Shown here in pieces: positions 17,756 through 27,549 of a stretch of 64,000 nucleotides of DNA. The first letter of the stretch is position 1. Each line of letters opens with the position of its first letter. The notes under the pieces are model-generated. The model did no database searches and was not told the DNA's origin. It worked only from the letters and a program-made list of their open reading frames with translations. Position numbers and translations under genes: made by a program. Source of the stretch: Methanomassiliicoccales archaeon (GTDB lineage: Archaea; Thermoplasmatota; Thermoplasmata; Methanomassiliicoccales; UBA472); contig DATKZX010000002.1 of the NCBI GenBank assembly GCA_035527755.1, positions 93,277 through 157,276 on the forward strand, given 5' to 3'.

Positions 17756-18466
17756 ATGACGGAGAACGTTTGGTCGGGCGTGACATCCTGCTTCGAGCTG
17801 CGGAAGGTCAGTGTGACCCTGAACGGCAACCAGGTCATTACCAGAGGGGACGTCGAGGTGAGGAAGGGAGAGCTGCTGGCAGTGGTCGGTCCCTCCGGCG
17901 CCGGTAAGTCCACTCTGCTTCGCTGCCTGAACCGCCTTACCGAGATCACCACCGGCGAGATCTCGTTCTTAGGCGTTCCTTTGCATGACATTGACCCCAT
18001 CACCCTGAGGCGGCGAGTGGGCATGCTGTTCCAATTACCTGTGATGTTCGAAGGGACCGTGGCCGACAACATTAGCTACGCTACCACCCTGGGCGCTCCC
18101 GCGAAGGATGTGGCCGAAATGCTCATCAAGGTCGGGCTGGACCCTTCGTTCGCCAACAAGAACGCCTCCACGCTTTCGGTGGGGGAGCAGCAGAGAGTGT
18201 GCTTGGCCCGGGCCTTGGTGAACTCCCCGGAAGTGCTGCTGATGGACGAACCGACCGCCTCCCTGGACCCGGCCAACACCCGCTTGGTGGAAGAGCTTAT
18301 GATCAGGTTGAAGAATGAAGGGATAACCATCGTTCTGGTGAGCCACAACATGGCCCAGGCCCGCCGCTTGGGAGAGAGGGTGCTGCTAATGAAGACGGGA
18401 GAGACCATTGGGACCTTCCCCCGGGAGGAGTTCTTCCGCGATTACGGTGAGGAGGGAAATTGGTGA
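17756..18466 (+). CDS. ABC transporter ATP-binding protein (FetA/YbbL-like)
   Basis: Walker A GPSGAGKST, signature LSVGEQQR, Walker B LLMDEPTASLD. Paired with a YbbM-like permease. Confidence 0.8.
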   Translation: MTENVWSGVTSCFELRKVSVTLNGNQVITRGDVEVRKGELLAVVGPSGAGKSTLLRCLNRLTEITTGEISFLGVPLHDIDPITLRRRVGMLFQLPVMFEGTVADNISYATTLGAPAKDVAEMLIKVGLDPSFANKNASTLSVGEQQRVCLARALVNSPEVLLMDEPTASLDPANTRLVEELMIRLKNEGITIVLVSHNMAQARRLGERVLLMKTGETIGTFPREEFFRDYGEEGNW

Positions 18467-19230
18467 TCTGGGATTGGATGGTGCTGATAAGAGTGCTCTC
18501 GGCCGTGGGATTGGTCACAGCGGTCATAGTACTGACCTCCCGGCTCAAACTGGGTTTGGTCTCGGAGATGGCCCAGGCCATGATAAGGGCCTTGGTGCAG
18601 CTGACAGCTCTCGCCCTGCTTCTCTCCTTCGTTTTCCAGATGGAGGATTTCGCACCTTTGCTTTTAGTATTGGCCGTCATGTTGGCCTTCGCATCATTGA
18701 CCTCGGCCCGCCGGGTCCGCGACCTGCCCAACGCATTCCGTGTGAGCCTCGTGTCCATCTTGGCCTCATCGGTCCTGACCATCACCGTGATGGTGGTCAT
18801 CGGGACGTTGCCATTGCGTGGCGAATATCTCATTCCGTTGGGTGGAATGGTCATCGGCAATACCATGAACATCAACTCCCTGGCGCTTGACCGTCTGAGG
18901 GGCGAGGTGGTCAACCAGACGGCGCGGGTCGAGGCCGCTTTGGCCCTAGGGGCCCGCTACGATCAAGCGATCGCGCCCATGGTCCGCAAGGGTGTGCGGT
19001 CCTCGCTCATCCCTACCGTGGACAACATGAAGACCTTGGGACTGGTGTGGATACCGGGTCTCATGGCCGGTATGGTGCTGGCGGGAGCCGACCCCATGGA
19101 GGCGGCAGTGTTCCAGATAGTGATCTTCTCCATGATACTGGCATCGGGGGCCATCACCGCCGTTCTGTCCACAAGGTTGATGTCCAAAGAACTGTTCACC
19201 GAATCTCATCAATTGTCCTACCGTGGTTAG
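18460..19230 (+). CDS. ABC transporter permease, FetB/YbbM (UPF0014) family
   Basis: 256 aa polytopic protein overlapping the ATPase gene by 7 nt. Contains the YLIPLGGMVIGNTMN..LALDRL pattern. Confidence 0.7.
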   Translation: MVIWDWMVLIRVLSAVGLVTAVIVLTSRLKLGLVSEMAQAMIRALVQLTALALLLSFVFQMEDFAPLLLVLAVMLAFASLTSARRVRDLPNAFRVSLVSILASSVLTITVMVVIGTLPLRGEYLIPLGGMVIGNTMNINSLALDRLRGEVVNQTARVEAALALGARYDQAIAPMVRKGVRSSLIPTVDNMKTLGLVWIPGLMAGMVLAGADPMEAAVFQIVIFSMILASGAITAVLSTRLMSKELFTESHQLSYRG

Positions 19231-19231
19231 A

Positions 19232-20107
19232 ATGGTTACCGATATTTCCCCCAAGACCGGAGCAGTGCTCAGCACCCTGCTCTCCAGCCTGATGATGGGC
19301 TCCTCCTACGTGGCGGTAAAGATGCAGGTGGGCAGCACCAACCCCTTCCTGCTGGGAGCAGCGACCATGGCCGTCGGCTCCCTGGCATTGATATTATACA
19401 TGTTCTGGAGAAGGATATTTACCAAGGCGATGCTGGGCCGTTGGGAATTCTGGGCGGCCTCCCTCGCTAACACCTGTGTGGTAGCACCCACCTATGTCGG
19501 TCTGACCATGACCACGGCATCGGCCGGAGCCTTGATAATTGGCACGAACGTGATATTCGTGGCGTTCTTCAGCCGCTTGGCCTTCAGAGAGAGCCTGAGC
19601 CTTCACCGGACCGCCGGTTTGGTCCTGGCCATGATGGGGCTGATAACCCTGACCACCCGTTGGGACCCTTCGACCTTGGAAGGCACACAGATGTTAGGCA
19701 ACCTGCTCATGCTGACCGCGGCCGCGGGCATCGGTGTGGTGGTCATCATGTCCCGCGTGGCCTTACGTACCCTTCGGCCGGAGCAATGGACCCTGGGATT
19801 GCACATGTTCCTGCCGGCGACATTGCTGGCCCTTTCTTTCCTGATACCGTTAGAGGGTTCGTTGAACCTGTCGGCCCTGCCTGTGGTGATGTTCGTCGGT
19901 CTGTTATGCACCACGCTACCAGCGGTGCTGTGGATCGGGGCGCTCAAACATTTGAGCGTGGTCAGCTCCGCCACCATATTGCTATGTGAATCAGCCTTTG
20001 CCGTGTTCCTCAGCTGGCTGGTCCTTGGCGAGAGCATCGATGCCTTCGTGGCCATCGGTGCCGTGATGATATTCAGCGCTATCCTGATAATGGCAAGAAC
20101 GGACTAG
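19232..20107 (+). CDS. EamA/DMT-superfamily transporter
   Basis: About 10 TM helices in two similar halves. ATG 19232 follows the upstream TAG directly. The ORF track start GTG 19223 is the alternative. Confidence 0.75.
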   Translation: MVTDISPKTGAVLSTLLSSLMMGSSYVAVKMQVGSTNPFLLGAATMAVGSLALILYMFWRRIFTKAMLGRWEFWAASLANTCVVAPTYVGLTMTTASAGALIIGTNVIFVAFFSRLAFRESLSLHRTAGLVLAMMGLITLTTRWDPSTLEGTQMLGNLLMLTAAAGIGVVVIMSRVALRTLRPEQWTLGLHMFLPATLLALSFLIPLEGSLNLSALPVVMFVGLLCTTLPAVLWIGALKHLSVVSSATILLCESAFAVFLSWLVLGESIDAFVAIGAVMIFSAILIMARTD

Positions 20108-20164
20108 AACCGGGCCTTAAGAAGAATGGGAAAAAGGTTTGAAAGTCATTGGACCGACAGAAGA

Positions 20165-20227
20165 TCACTTCTTCTTCTTGTCATCCTTCTTCTTGTCATC
20201 CTTTTTACCGCACTTACCGCAGGACAT
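20165..20227 (-). CDS. candidate 20-aa microprotein MSCGKCGKKDDKKKDDKKKK
   Basis: Below the ORF-track size cutoff. A GGAGGT Shine-Dalgarno lies 7 nt upstream of the ATG (minus-strand context ccataGGAGGTcaagcaATG). It has a CxxC pair followed by a tandem 15-nt repeat encoding KDDKK twice. Confidence 0.4.
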   Translation of the reverse strand: MSCGKCGKKDDKKKDDKKKK

Positions 20228-20520
20228 TGCTTGACCTCCTATGGACAGGCCCACGACATAACGATTGATAGGTGAAATATATTAATGTTATCTAGGCCGT
20301 AAAATAATTATTAAAAAAGTATACGCTTAGTAATACTTCGCTCGATTTCTTGATACCTGTTCTTTTTACATCTTTCCATTACCTTAAAAGATAAAGAAAG
20401 ACAGTAATATCATCTTTAAATTTGATACTGGCTTCACAATATTATCAAAAATCAACATTGATTCCCAGACGATTCCAATTAAATATACTTCCTGACCCTA
20501 GCAGTTAGAAGGTGGGTAAA

Positions 20521-20877
20521 ATGCAGGTACTGCAAACTTCGAGATTGCTGACCGATGAGTACACGGCGAAGATATTGATGGCCACTATGGGCCGCCCTAA
20601 GAGCGCCTTCGAATTGAGCGACGCCCTAGGCATCCCGATAGCCGCCTGTTACCGGAAGATCCGTGTGCTCGAAGATGCCGGACTGATCCATTGCTCCGAA
20701 AGACGATTGACCCAAGCGGGTAAGAGGATCAGCATGTACAAGTCGATGGTGCGCAATGCGAACATCTCCTTTGAAAGGAACAAGATACGAGCCCGTATCG
20801 AGATGATCGATGGAAGTAGCACCGATGACTGTCTAGACATAGATCTGAACGCCATGTTCAGTGAATCGCACGCTTAA
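20521..20877 (+). CDS. small winged-helix (ArsR/TrmB-like) transcriptional regulator
   Basis: TAKILMATMGRPKSAFELSDALGIPIAACYRKIRVLEDAGLIHC. Paralogous to 44774..45232. ATG 20521 is preceded by gaaGGTGG. Confidence 0.7.
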   Translation: MQVLQTSRLLTDEYTAKILMATMGRPKSAFELSDALGIPIAACYRKIRVLEDAGLIHCSERRLTQAGKRISMYKSMVRNANISFERNKIRARIEMIDGSSTDDCLDIDLNAMFSESHA

Positions 20878-21113
20878 TGGGGCGGTCCCCCCTGCCCATT
20901 TTTCTTTTTTTTGATTCCTTAGAGGAATTGATTTTATAAAATTGGAATCGAACAGCGCAGAAAAATCGACAATTCCAGTAGGGAATATCGGAAAATATAA
21001 TTAATTCCACCTGTGCTATGCGTTTTCCGTAATCCTTATAACTAATGTCACGGACATGAACCCGGCGATAGGCCATGTTCCGGCGGATGTCCGCCCAGAG
21101 GAGGAAGCGGAGA

Positions 21114-23096
21114 ATGAGTGACGGAAATACCATCGAGAGCGTAATGGAAGAGATACGGCGATTTCCGCCGTCCAAGGAATTCAGCGAGAAGGCCTACATC
21201 AAGAGCATGGAGCAGTACAATAAAATGTACAAGGAGTCCATCGACGACCCGGAGAAGTTCTGGGGCGAGATGGCCGCCAAGGAGCTCCAATGGTTCGCCA
21301 AATGGGACCGTGTTCACAGCTGGGATGTTGATAACACCATAATCAAATGGTTCGAAGGCGGCAAATTGAACGTCTCCTACAACTGCCTGGACCGGCATCT
21401 GGAGAACGGCCGCAAGAACAAGGCGGCCATCATCTGGCAGGGAGAGAACGAGGATGATGTCAAGATCTACACCTACCAGCAGTTGCACACCGAAGTATGC
21501 CGCTTCGCCAACGTCCTGAAGTCGTTGGGCGTGAAGAAGGGCGACCGCGTTTCCATGTACCTCCCGATGATACCCGAGCTGGCCATCGCTATGCTGGCCT
21601 GCACCCGCATCGGCGCTGTGCACAGCATCGTGTTCGGAGGCTTCAGCTCTGCATCGCTCAAGGACCGCATCGCCGACTGCGAATCCAAGGTCCTCATAAC
21701 CGCTGACGGTAACCACCGTGGTAGCAAGTTCGTGCCCCTGAAGACCAACGCCGACGCGGCATTGGAGAGGGGAACGTCGGTAGATAAGGTGGTCGTGGTC
21801 AAGCGGGCCGGGGCAGATTGCCCCATGATGCCCGGTCGGGACATGTGGTGGCATGACGAGATGGCCAAGGCCGCCCGGTCCTGTGAGCCGGCGTGGTGTG
21901 ATGCTGAGGACCCGCTGTTCATCCTATACACCTCTGGATCGACCGGAAAGCCCAAGGGCGTGGTCCATAGTACCGCCGGCTACCTGCTCGGAACCAGTAT
22001 CACATTCAAGTACGTCTTCGACTACCATGAGGACGACACCTACTGGTGCACGGCCGATATCGGTTGGATAACCGGGCACAGCTACGTCGTCTACGGTCCG
22101 CTCTGCGCTGGTGCGACCACCCTCATGTTCGAGGGCATCCCGACCTACCCACAGGTGGACCGCTTCTGGAACATCGTGGAGAAGTTCAAGGTCAACATAT
22201 TCTACACCGCCCCCACCGCCATCCGCTCCCTGATGAGGGAGGGCGAGAAGTGGCCACAGAGTAGGGACCTGTCCTCGCTGCGGGTGCTCGCTTCCGTGGG
22301 CGAGCCCATAAACCCGGAGGCGTGGATGTGGTACCACAAGTACGTGGGGAACGAGAAGTGCCCCATCATGGACACCTGGTGGCAGACCGAGACCGGCTCC
22401 CTGATGATAACCCCGCTGCCGGGGGCCATAACCACGAAGCCCGGCTCAGCCACGTTGCCTTTCTTTGGCGTGAGTCCGGAGGTGGTCAAGGACGATGGGA
22501 CCCTCGCCGGAGTGAACGAGGGCGGTTACCTATGCATAACCAAACCCTGGCCAGCCATCATGCGGACCGTGTGGGGAGAGCACGATCGCTTCAAGGAGCT
22601 ATACTGGACCCGGTTCCCGGGCAAGTACTTCACCGGCGATTCCGCCCGCAAGGACGAAGAGGGATACTACTGGATCATGGGCCGTGTGGACGATGTGATC
22701 AAGGTCTCCGGGCACCGCATCGGCGCGGCTGAGGTGGAGAGCGCGCTGGTGTCCCACCAAAGCGTGGCCGAGGCAGCCATCGTTCCGGTGCCGCACCCCA
22801 TCAAGGGAGAGGCCATCTACGCCTTCGTCACTTTGAAGACGGGAGTGGAAGAGACGGAACAGCTGCGCAAGGAGCTGGTGACCCATGTGCGAAAGGAGGT
22901 GGGACCGATAGCCACCCCGGAGGTCATACAGTTCTGCCCCGGAATGCCCAAGACCCGCAGCGGCAAGATCATGCGCCGCATATTGAGGAAGGTGGCCACC
23001 GGTACCGCGGAGGGGCTGGGAGACACCTCTACTCTAGCGGACCCCGCCATATTGGATGTGCTCATAGAAGGCAGCCGGGCCCTTTCCAAGAAGTGA
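21114..23096 (+). CDS. acs: acetyl-CoA synthetase (AMP-forming)
   Basis: [18 protein letters not shown] and YFTGD motifs, and C-terminal [15 protein letters not shown]. The start is set at Met14 of ORF 21075 to give a typical N-terminal length. Confidence 0.95.
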   Translation: MSDGNTIESVMEEIRRFPPSKEFSEKAYIKSMEQYNKMYKESIDDPEKFWGEMAAKELQWFAKWDRVHSWDVDNTIIKWFEGGKLNVSYNCLDRHLENGRKNKAAIIWQGENEDDVKIYTYQQLHTEVCRFANVLKSLGVKKGDRVSMYLPMIPELAIAMLACTRIGAVHSIVFGGFSSASLKDRIADCESKVLITADGNHRGSKFVPLKTNADAALERGTSVDKVVVVKRAGADCPMMPGRDMWWHDEMAKAARSCEPAWCDAEDPLFILYTSGSTGKPKGVVHSTAGYLLGTSITFKYVFDYHEDDTYWCTADIGWITGHSYVVYGPLCAGATTLMFEGIPTYPQVDRFWNIVEKFKVNIFYTAPTAIRSLMREGEKWPQSRDLSSLRVLASVGEPINPEAWMWYHKYVGNEKCPIMDTWWQTETGSLMITPLPGAITTKPGSATLPFFGVSPEVVKDDGTLAGVNEGGYLCITKPWPAIMRTVWGEHDRFKELYWTRFPGKYFTGDSARKDEEGYYWIMGRVDDVIKVSGHRIGAAEVESALVSHQSVAEAAIVPVPHPIKGEAIYAFVTLKTGVEETEQLRKELVTHVRKEVGPIATPEVIQFCPGMPKTRSGKIMRRILRKVATGTAEGLGDTSTLADPAILDVLIEGSRALSKK

Positions 23097-23130
23097 GAAA
23101 CCTTTTCCCGATCCCTTTTCTTTTTACATC

Positions 23131-24633
23131 TTACTTTTTCTTCAGCTCGTCCTTGAAGTAGGAGATCATCTTCTTTACGTTCGCCAGCTCCATGAAGAAG
23201 CGATAGTCCTCACGAGTGAACTCCTTCAATGCGTACAGGGTCAGAATGAATGTCCCTATCGACATCAGACCGAAAACCACCAGCATGAACCAGCTGCTGA
23301 CCTCTATGAACATACCGCATAATGCCAAGGCCACCGCTGCCGCCACGCCGGCCAGCAACTGTAGCGCTAATCTTGGGTCGGTGGTGGTACCGGTCAGATG
23401 CCACACTACGTAACGTATGACCAGGAAGTTGAAGGTGGTACCGATCAACAGGGCAATGGCCGCTCCGGTAAAGGATAACCCTAACCCGAATCCGAGGAAG
23501 GAGTCTGGTATGAAAAGCAGGAACATCCCCAGGCTCACTACGAATGTCATTAGGGTGATGCGGGCCGAAAGGTCCGGACGGTCCACGGCGATTATTTGTG
23601 ATGCGTGCACCGCATTGAGCATCATGATAAGATTGGTCACCGCCATGATGCCGATGGCCTTCCCAGATTCCTCGAACAAAGGTCCGAGAAGCACTAAACA
23701 GACCTCGAAGGGGAACATGATGATGACGATGCTCACTGGCAGTCCGATCATCATAATGTATCTCTCCGCCTGTCTGGTCAAGGTCCTGATCTGTTTGAGA
23801 TTCCCTTCGGAATGCAATTTGGAGAAGGAGGGGAAAGTGAGAGCGGCCACGGCAGTGCTGATGGCCGCAAATACTCCCAGGAACACCTGGGGAGCGGAAT
23901 ACAGCCCAACCTCCCCGGAGGTCCAGAAGAAGCCCAGGAGCAACTTGTCCATCGTACTGCTCAAAACACTGATGATTGCGATGAGGGCCAACGGCAACGC
24001 GAACTTGTAATATGAACGGAAGAGCGTCGGCCGTCGCCATTTGATGTGGTCCCTGAACAGGAGGTACAGGGCCATTATCGCTACCGCCAGAGCACCGATC
24101 ACGTAGGTGAAGGCCAACTCGATGACCCCCATGAAGTTGACGCAGACGAAGATGATCAGGGGCACCCTTACAATGGGGTCGATCAACGTGACCAGGGGCA
24201 ACTTGGCCATCTCCATCTTGGCCTGGAAGGTGGCGGTCGCTATCGATGATATGTCGAACAGCACCTGGAAGAGGACGAATAGCAATATGAGGTCGGTGCT
24301 GGTCTCCTCCAGCGTTCCTCCCAGGACCGATGTCCATACGAAAACAGAGACGAGTATGAACGCCACCATTATTCCGGTCAAGGTCAACTTGATGATCGCG
24401 AAGGTACTGACGCAATCATCCAGGTCCTGCCCTTCCGATATCCTCTTGATGTGCGCGCTGCCGAAGCCCAGGTCGGAAACGGCGTTGAAGGTGGCTACGA
24501 AGGCCAATGTCCAGGTGACAGATCCGTATATGTCCTTGCCTAGATACCTGGTCATGAAATATAGGCCTACGAAAGCCAGAGCCGAGGAGAGTAACCTCGA
24601 CAGGAACAGGATGAAGGACCTTCTACCGATCAC
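23131..24633 (-). CDS. MOP-superfamily oligosaccharide flippase
   Basis: 500 aa with about 14 TM helices. N-terminus FILFLSRLLSSALAFVGLYFMTRYLGKDIYG. Confidence 0.7.
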   Translation of the reverse strand: MIGRRSFILFLSRLLSSALAFVGLYFMTRYLGKDIYGSVTWTLAFVATFNAVSDLGFGSAHIKRISEGQDLDDCVSTFAIIKLTLTGIMVAFILVSVFVWTSVLGGTLEETSTDLILLFVLFQVLFDISSIATATFQAKMEMAKLPLVTLIDPIVRVPLIIFVCVNFMGVIELAFTYVIGALAVAIMALYLLFRDHIKWRRPTLFRSYYKFALPLALIAIISVLSSTMDKLLLGFFWTSGEVGLYSAPQVFLGVFAAISTAVAALTFPSFSKLHSEGNLKQIRTLTRQAERYIMMIGLPVSIVIIMFPFEVCLVLLGPLFEESGKAIGIMAVTNLIMMLNAVHASQIIAVDRPDLSARITLMTFVVSLGMFLLFIPDSFLGFGLGLSFTGAAIALLIGTTFNFLVIRYVVWHLTGTTTDPRLALQLLAGVAAAVALALCGMFIEVSSWFMLVVFGLMSIGTFILTLYALKEFTREDYRFFMELANVKKMISYFKDELKKK

Positions 24634-24690
24634 GTAATCGTCTAGGAAGACGACCCAGGCTATTTAACCCTGCGCAGATAGGCCCAGTGT

Positions 24691-25788
24691 TCAGTCCTCC
24701 TCCCACTTTGTGACCAGTACGGCCACTACAACGAATATCACGGCGATCACGGCCACCACGAGCAAGTTCAGATACGCCCCCTCCATATTATCGTAGACCA
24801 TGGCGTCCCTCAACCCCTGACCGAAGTACGTCAACGGCAGCGCCGATGCGATGGTCTGCAGATAATCCGGCATGAGCTCCAGTTGGAAGAAGGTGCCTGA
24901 CAGGAACATCATGGGGAAGGTGATAGCGTTGGTCGCGGCGCTGGCCGTCTCCTCGTTCTTGACGAAGCGGGCGATTATCATGCCCAACGCAGAGAACATG
25001 GCACTGCCGGAGATTATCAACAGTATGGCAGCGGGGTTCAACGTCATGCTCATTCCGAAGACCAGAATTCCGAACACCATGACCACTGAGAGAGTGATGA
25101 ACGAGATGAACAGGAACCATATCATTCGGGAGATCAACCACTCGAACGGGGTCATCGGTGTCGTCGCCAGCTTGCGGAATATACCGGCGGCGCGGAAACG
25201 GGATATGGTGCCCTGCATGCCGAATATGCAGGTGGTCATGACCGTAAGGGCGATGACCCCCGGCACGAAGAAGTCCAGGAAGGAGAACCGCTTCTGTACG
25301 ATGCTGCTCACTCCCAATGTGACGTACTCCCGTCCCCCGGACATCTCCAGGTTGAAGTTGTTGATGACCGCGGAGACGATGTTGCGCACGATCGAAGCGG
25401 AGGAAACGGTCTCGTCCAGGCGCAGGTCGACGGTGGCCGTGGCGGTGGCATTGGGCACGAAAGCGTCCGAGAAGTCGGAGGGCAGTACCATGACGAACGT
25501 CAGCGAGTTGTCCTTGATGTACTGCTCCAGGTCCACGTTCTCATCGATGAACCGCAGTTCGAACGCCTCTGTATGGTTGAGCGCGTCCAGGAACTGTACG
25601 GAGCCTGGCCCGTGATCGAGGTCCTGAACGTACAGGGTGATGGTGCTCGAGCCCATGTTGGAGAAGATCGCACCGAAGACCAATATCAGGAACAGAGGGA
25701 AGGCCAGGGTCCAGAACAGGTTGCTCTTGATCCGGAAGAAGGCTTTCGATTGGCCCTTGAGGTCCACCAGGACGTGCTTCAGCCTCAT
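24691..25788 (-). CDS. ABC-2 type transporter permease
   Basis: N-terminal TM helix, a large extracytoplasmic loop, then 5 TM helices. ATGA overlap with the upstream ATPase gene. Confidence 0.8.
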   Translation of the reverse strand: MRLKHVLVDLKGQSKAFFRIKSNLFWTLAFPLFLILVFGAIFSNMGSSTITLYVQDLDHGPGSVQFLDALNHTEAFELRFIDENVDLEQYIKDNSLTFVMVLPSDFSDAFVPNATATATVDLRLDETVSSASIVRNIVSAVINNFNLEMSGGREYVTLGVSSIVQKRFSFLDFFVPGVIALTVMTTCIFGMQGTISRFRAAGIFRKLATTPMTPFEWLISRMIWFLFISFITLSVVMVFGILVFGMSMTLNPAAILLIISGSAMFSALGMIIARFVKNEETASAATNAITFPMMFLSGTFFQLELMPDYLQTIASALPLTYFGQGLRDAMVYDNMEGAYLNLLVVAVIAVIFVVVAVLVTKWEED

Positions 25789-26741
25789 GAGGACACCTCC
25801 ACCAGTTTCTTGCCGGTGAGCTTGAGGAACACATCCTCCAGTGAACTGCCCTTGATGAGCATCTCCTCATAGGTAACCTCGCTCCCGGAGAGCAGATTGA
25901 CCAATTTTGCCAAACTGCCTTTGTCCTCCAGCTTGACCCACAGGTCGCCGTTCTTGAACTCCGAGGACATGCCTGCCGATGCCACCAGCGTCCGGGCGGC
26001 ATCGTTCGCTGACTTCACCAAGCAAGTGCTGCCTGAACCATACTTATCGATGATCTGCCTAGGGGTCCCCATGGCGATGAAGCCCCCCTGGTCCATGATG
26101 GCCACACGGTCGGACAGTATCTCGGCCTCCTCCATGTAGTGGGTGGTGAGAATGACCGTCTTGTTGCGCAACTTGAGCTTGCGGATGACATCCCAGACCT
26201 CCCTGCGGGCCTTGGGGTCCAGCCCGGTGGTCGGTTCGTCCAGGAAAATGAGCTCCGGGTCGTTGACCATGGATATGGCCACCCCCACCCTCTGCTTCAA
26301 CCCCCCTGACAGGTTCATGAACCACACGTTTCGCTTGTCCTGCAGCTGGACCGATTCGATGAGCTCATCGACGCCCAGACGACGGTCGAACAGACCGCCG
26401 AAATAATCGATGTTCTCCTTGACGGTGAGATAGTCGAAGGCGTTGAACGATTGAGGGAGGACACCTATTCGCTTGCGTATCTCCTTCTGTTCCTTGTCGA
26501 TATCATGACCGAGGATACGAACATCGCCCGAGGTCTTGACCCTCAGGCATTCCATTATTTCCACCGATGTCGTCTTCCCGGCACCGTTGGGACCTAGGAT
26601 CGAATACACCTCTCCGGCCTTGACCTCCAGATCGATCCCGTTGACCGCCTTCAGCTCTCCGTATGACTTGACCAGGCCCTTTACTTCGATCACCGTTTCT
26701 GCCACGATCGTCCCCCAATCCACCACCTGTAGGTTCTTCAA
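25785..26741 (-). CDS. ABC transporter ATP-binding protein (DrrA/CcmA-like)
   Basis: GPNGAGKTT, LSGGLKQR and LIFLDEPTTGLD motifs. Confidence 0.88.
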   Translation of the reverse strand: MKNLQVVDWGTIVAETVIEVKGLVKSYGELKAVNGIDLEVKAGEVYSILGPNGAGKTTSVEIMECLRVKTSGDVRILGHDIDKEQKEIRKRIGVLPQSFNAFDYLTVKENIDYFGGLFDRRLGVDELIESVQLQDKRNVWFMNLSGGLKQRVGVAISMVNDPELIFLDEPTTGLDPKARREVWDVIRKLKLRNKTVILTTHYMEEAEILSDRVAIMDQGGFIAMGTPRQIIDKYGSGSTCLVKSANDAARTLVASAGMSSEFKNGDLWVKLEDKGSLAKLVNLLSGSEVTYEEMLIKGSSLEDVFLKLTGKKLVEVSS

Positions 26742-26820
26742 GGGTTTTTATTTAATTATGATCGCGCCTCATCATTTATCCTCCATAGGAATTTGTTATA
26801 TGCGTTCCGTGGCATTAAGT

Positions 26821-27549
26821 ATGGAGCGCATGAAGGACCGGTATTCACGTCAGCTCTCTGTTGAGGGCTTCGGACAGAAGGCCCAGGATAAATTGGCCGA
26901 TGCCACCGTAGCCGTGGTAGGCGTCGGAGGCCTCGGCTCTCCGGCATGCCAATACCTCGCCGCGGCCGGGGTGGGCAAGCTGATAATCGTGGACGATCAG
27001 AGAGTGGAGGGATCAAACCTCAACCGGCAGATCCTTCACTGGGAAGAGGACGCCCTTCTACCACGCTACAAAGTGGAATCGGCAAGGAACAAGTTGAAGG
27101 ACCTCAACTCAGAGGTGCTGGTCGAAGCGTTGCCCATGAAGCTCATGGAGGACAACCTGTACATATTGGAGGACGCCGACCTCACCCTGGACTGCCTGGA
27201 CAATTCTAAGGGAAGGTACCTGCTGAACCGGCACTGCCTGGCGACCAGGACCCCTCTGGTCCATGGAGCCGTGGAGGGGATGGCTGGCCACGTCGTTACC
27301 TTCGTCCCCGGAGGGCCTTGCCTGAGATGCGCCTTCCCCCATCTGACCTCGCACCGGGGGTCGGTCCCGGTGCTGGGCGCGGTCGCCGGCGTTATAGGCG
27401 CCATGCAGGCCATGGAAGCCATCAAACTGATCACGGGAGTTGGTGACGCCCCTGACGGCCGAGGTCTGTTCTTTGACCTTCAGAGGAACGAGGTGAACGA
27501 GGTCGTCTTCGTGAAGGACCTGGCCTGCCTCGACTGCGGCTCACTTTGA
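26821..27549 (+). CDS. ThiF/MoeB/HesA-family E1-like adenylyltransferase
   Basis: RYSRQL..VAVVGVGGLGSPACQYLAAAGVGKLIIVDDQRVEGSNLNRQ, plus CLRC and CLDC pairs. The ORF-track start 26536 overlaps the divergent gene. ATG 26800 and 26821 are the realistic starts. Confidence 0.8.
   Translation: MERMKDRYSRQLSVEGFGQKAQDKLADATVAVVGVGGLGSPACQYLAAAGVGKLIIVDDQRVEGSNLNRQILHWEEDALLPRYKVESARNKLKDLNSEVLVEALPMKLMEDNLYILEDADLTLDCLDNSKGRYLLNRHCLATRTPLVHGAVEGMAGHVVTFVPGGPCLRCAFPHLTSHRGSVPVLGAVAGVIGAMQAMEAIKLITGVGDAPDGRGLFFDLQRNEVNEVVFVKDLACLDCGSL

Noticed and set aside
20168-20200. The tandem 15-nt repeat considered as a possible CRISPR or minisatellite.
   Set aside because: Only two copies are present, they are directly adjacent without spacers, and they are in frame within a micro-ORF. 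No CRISPR-like array exists anywhere in the window.
26536-26820. N-terminal extensions proposed by the ORF track for several genes: 26536 (ThiF-like), 31240 (LysE), 33642 (trpG), 34106 (trpD), 47746 (Mrp), 57768 (Isf), 61897-62154 (Isf), 711 (RNase H-like) and 49578 (USP).
   Set aside because: The extensions overlap neighbouring genes, translate to non-protein-like sequence, and skip internal starts that have ATGA/GTGA coupling, Shine-Dalgarno sites or TATA boxes at proper spacing. The family-typical N-termini begin at the internal starts.
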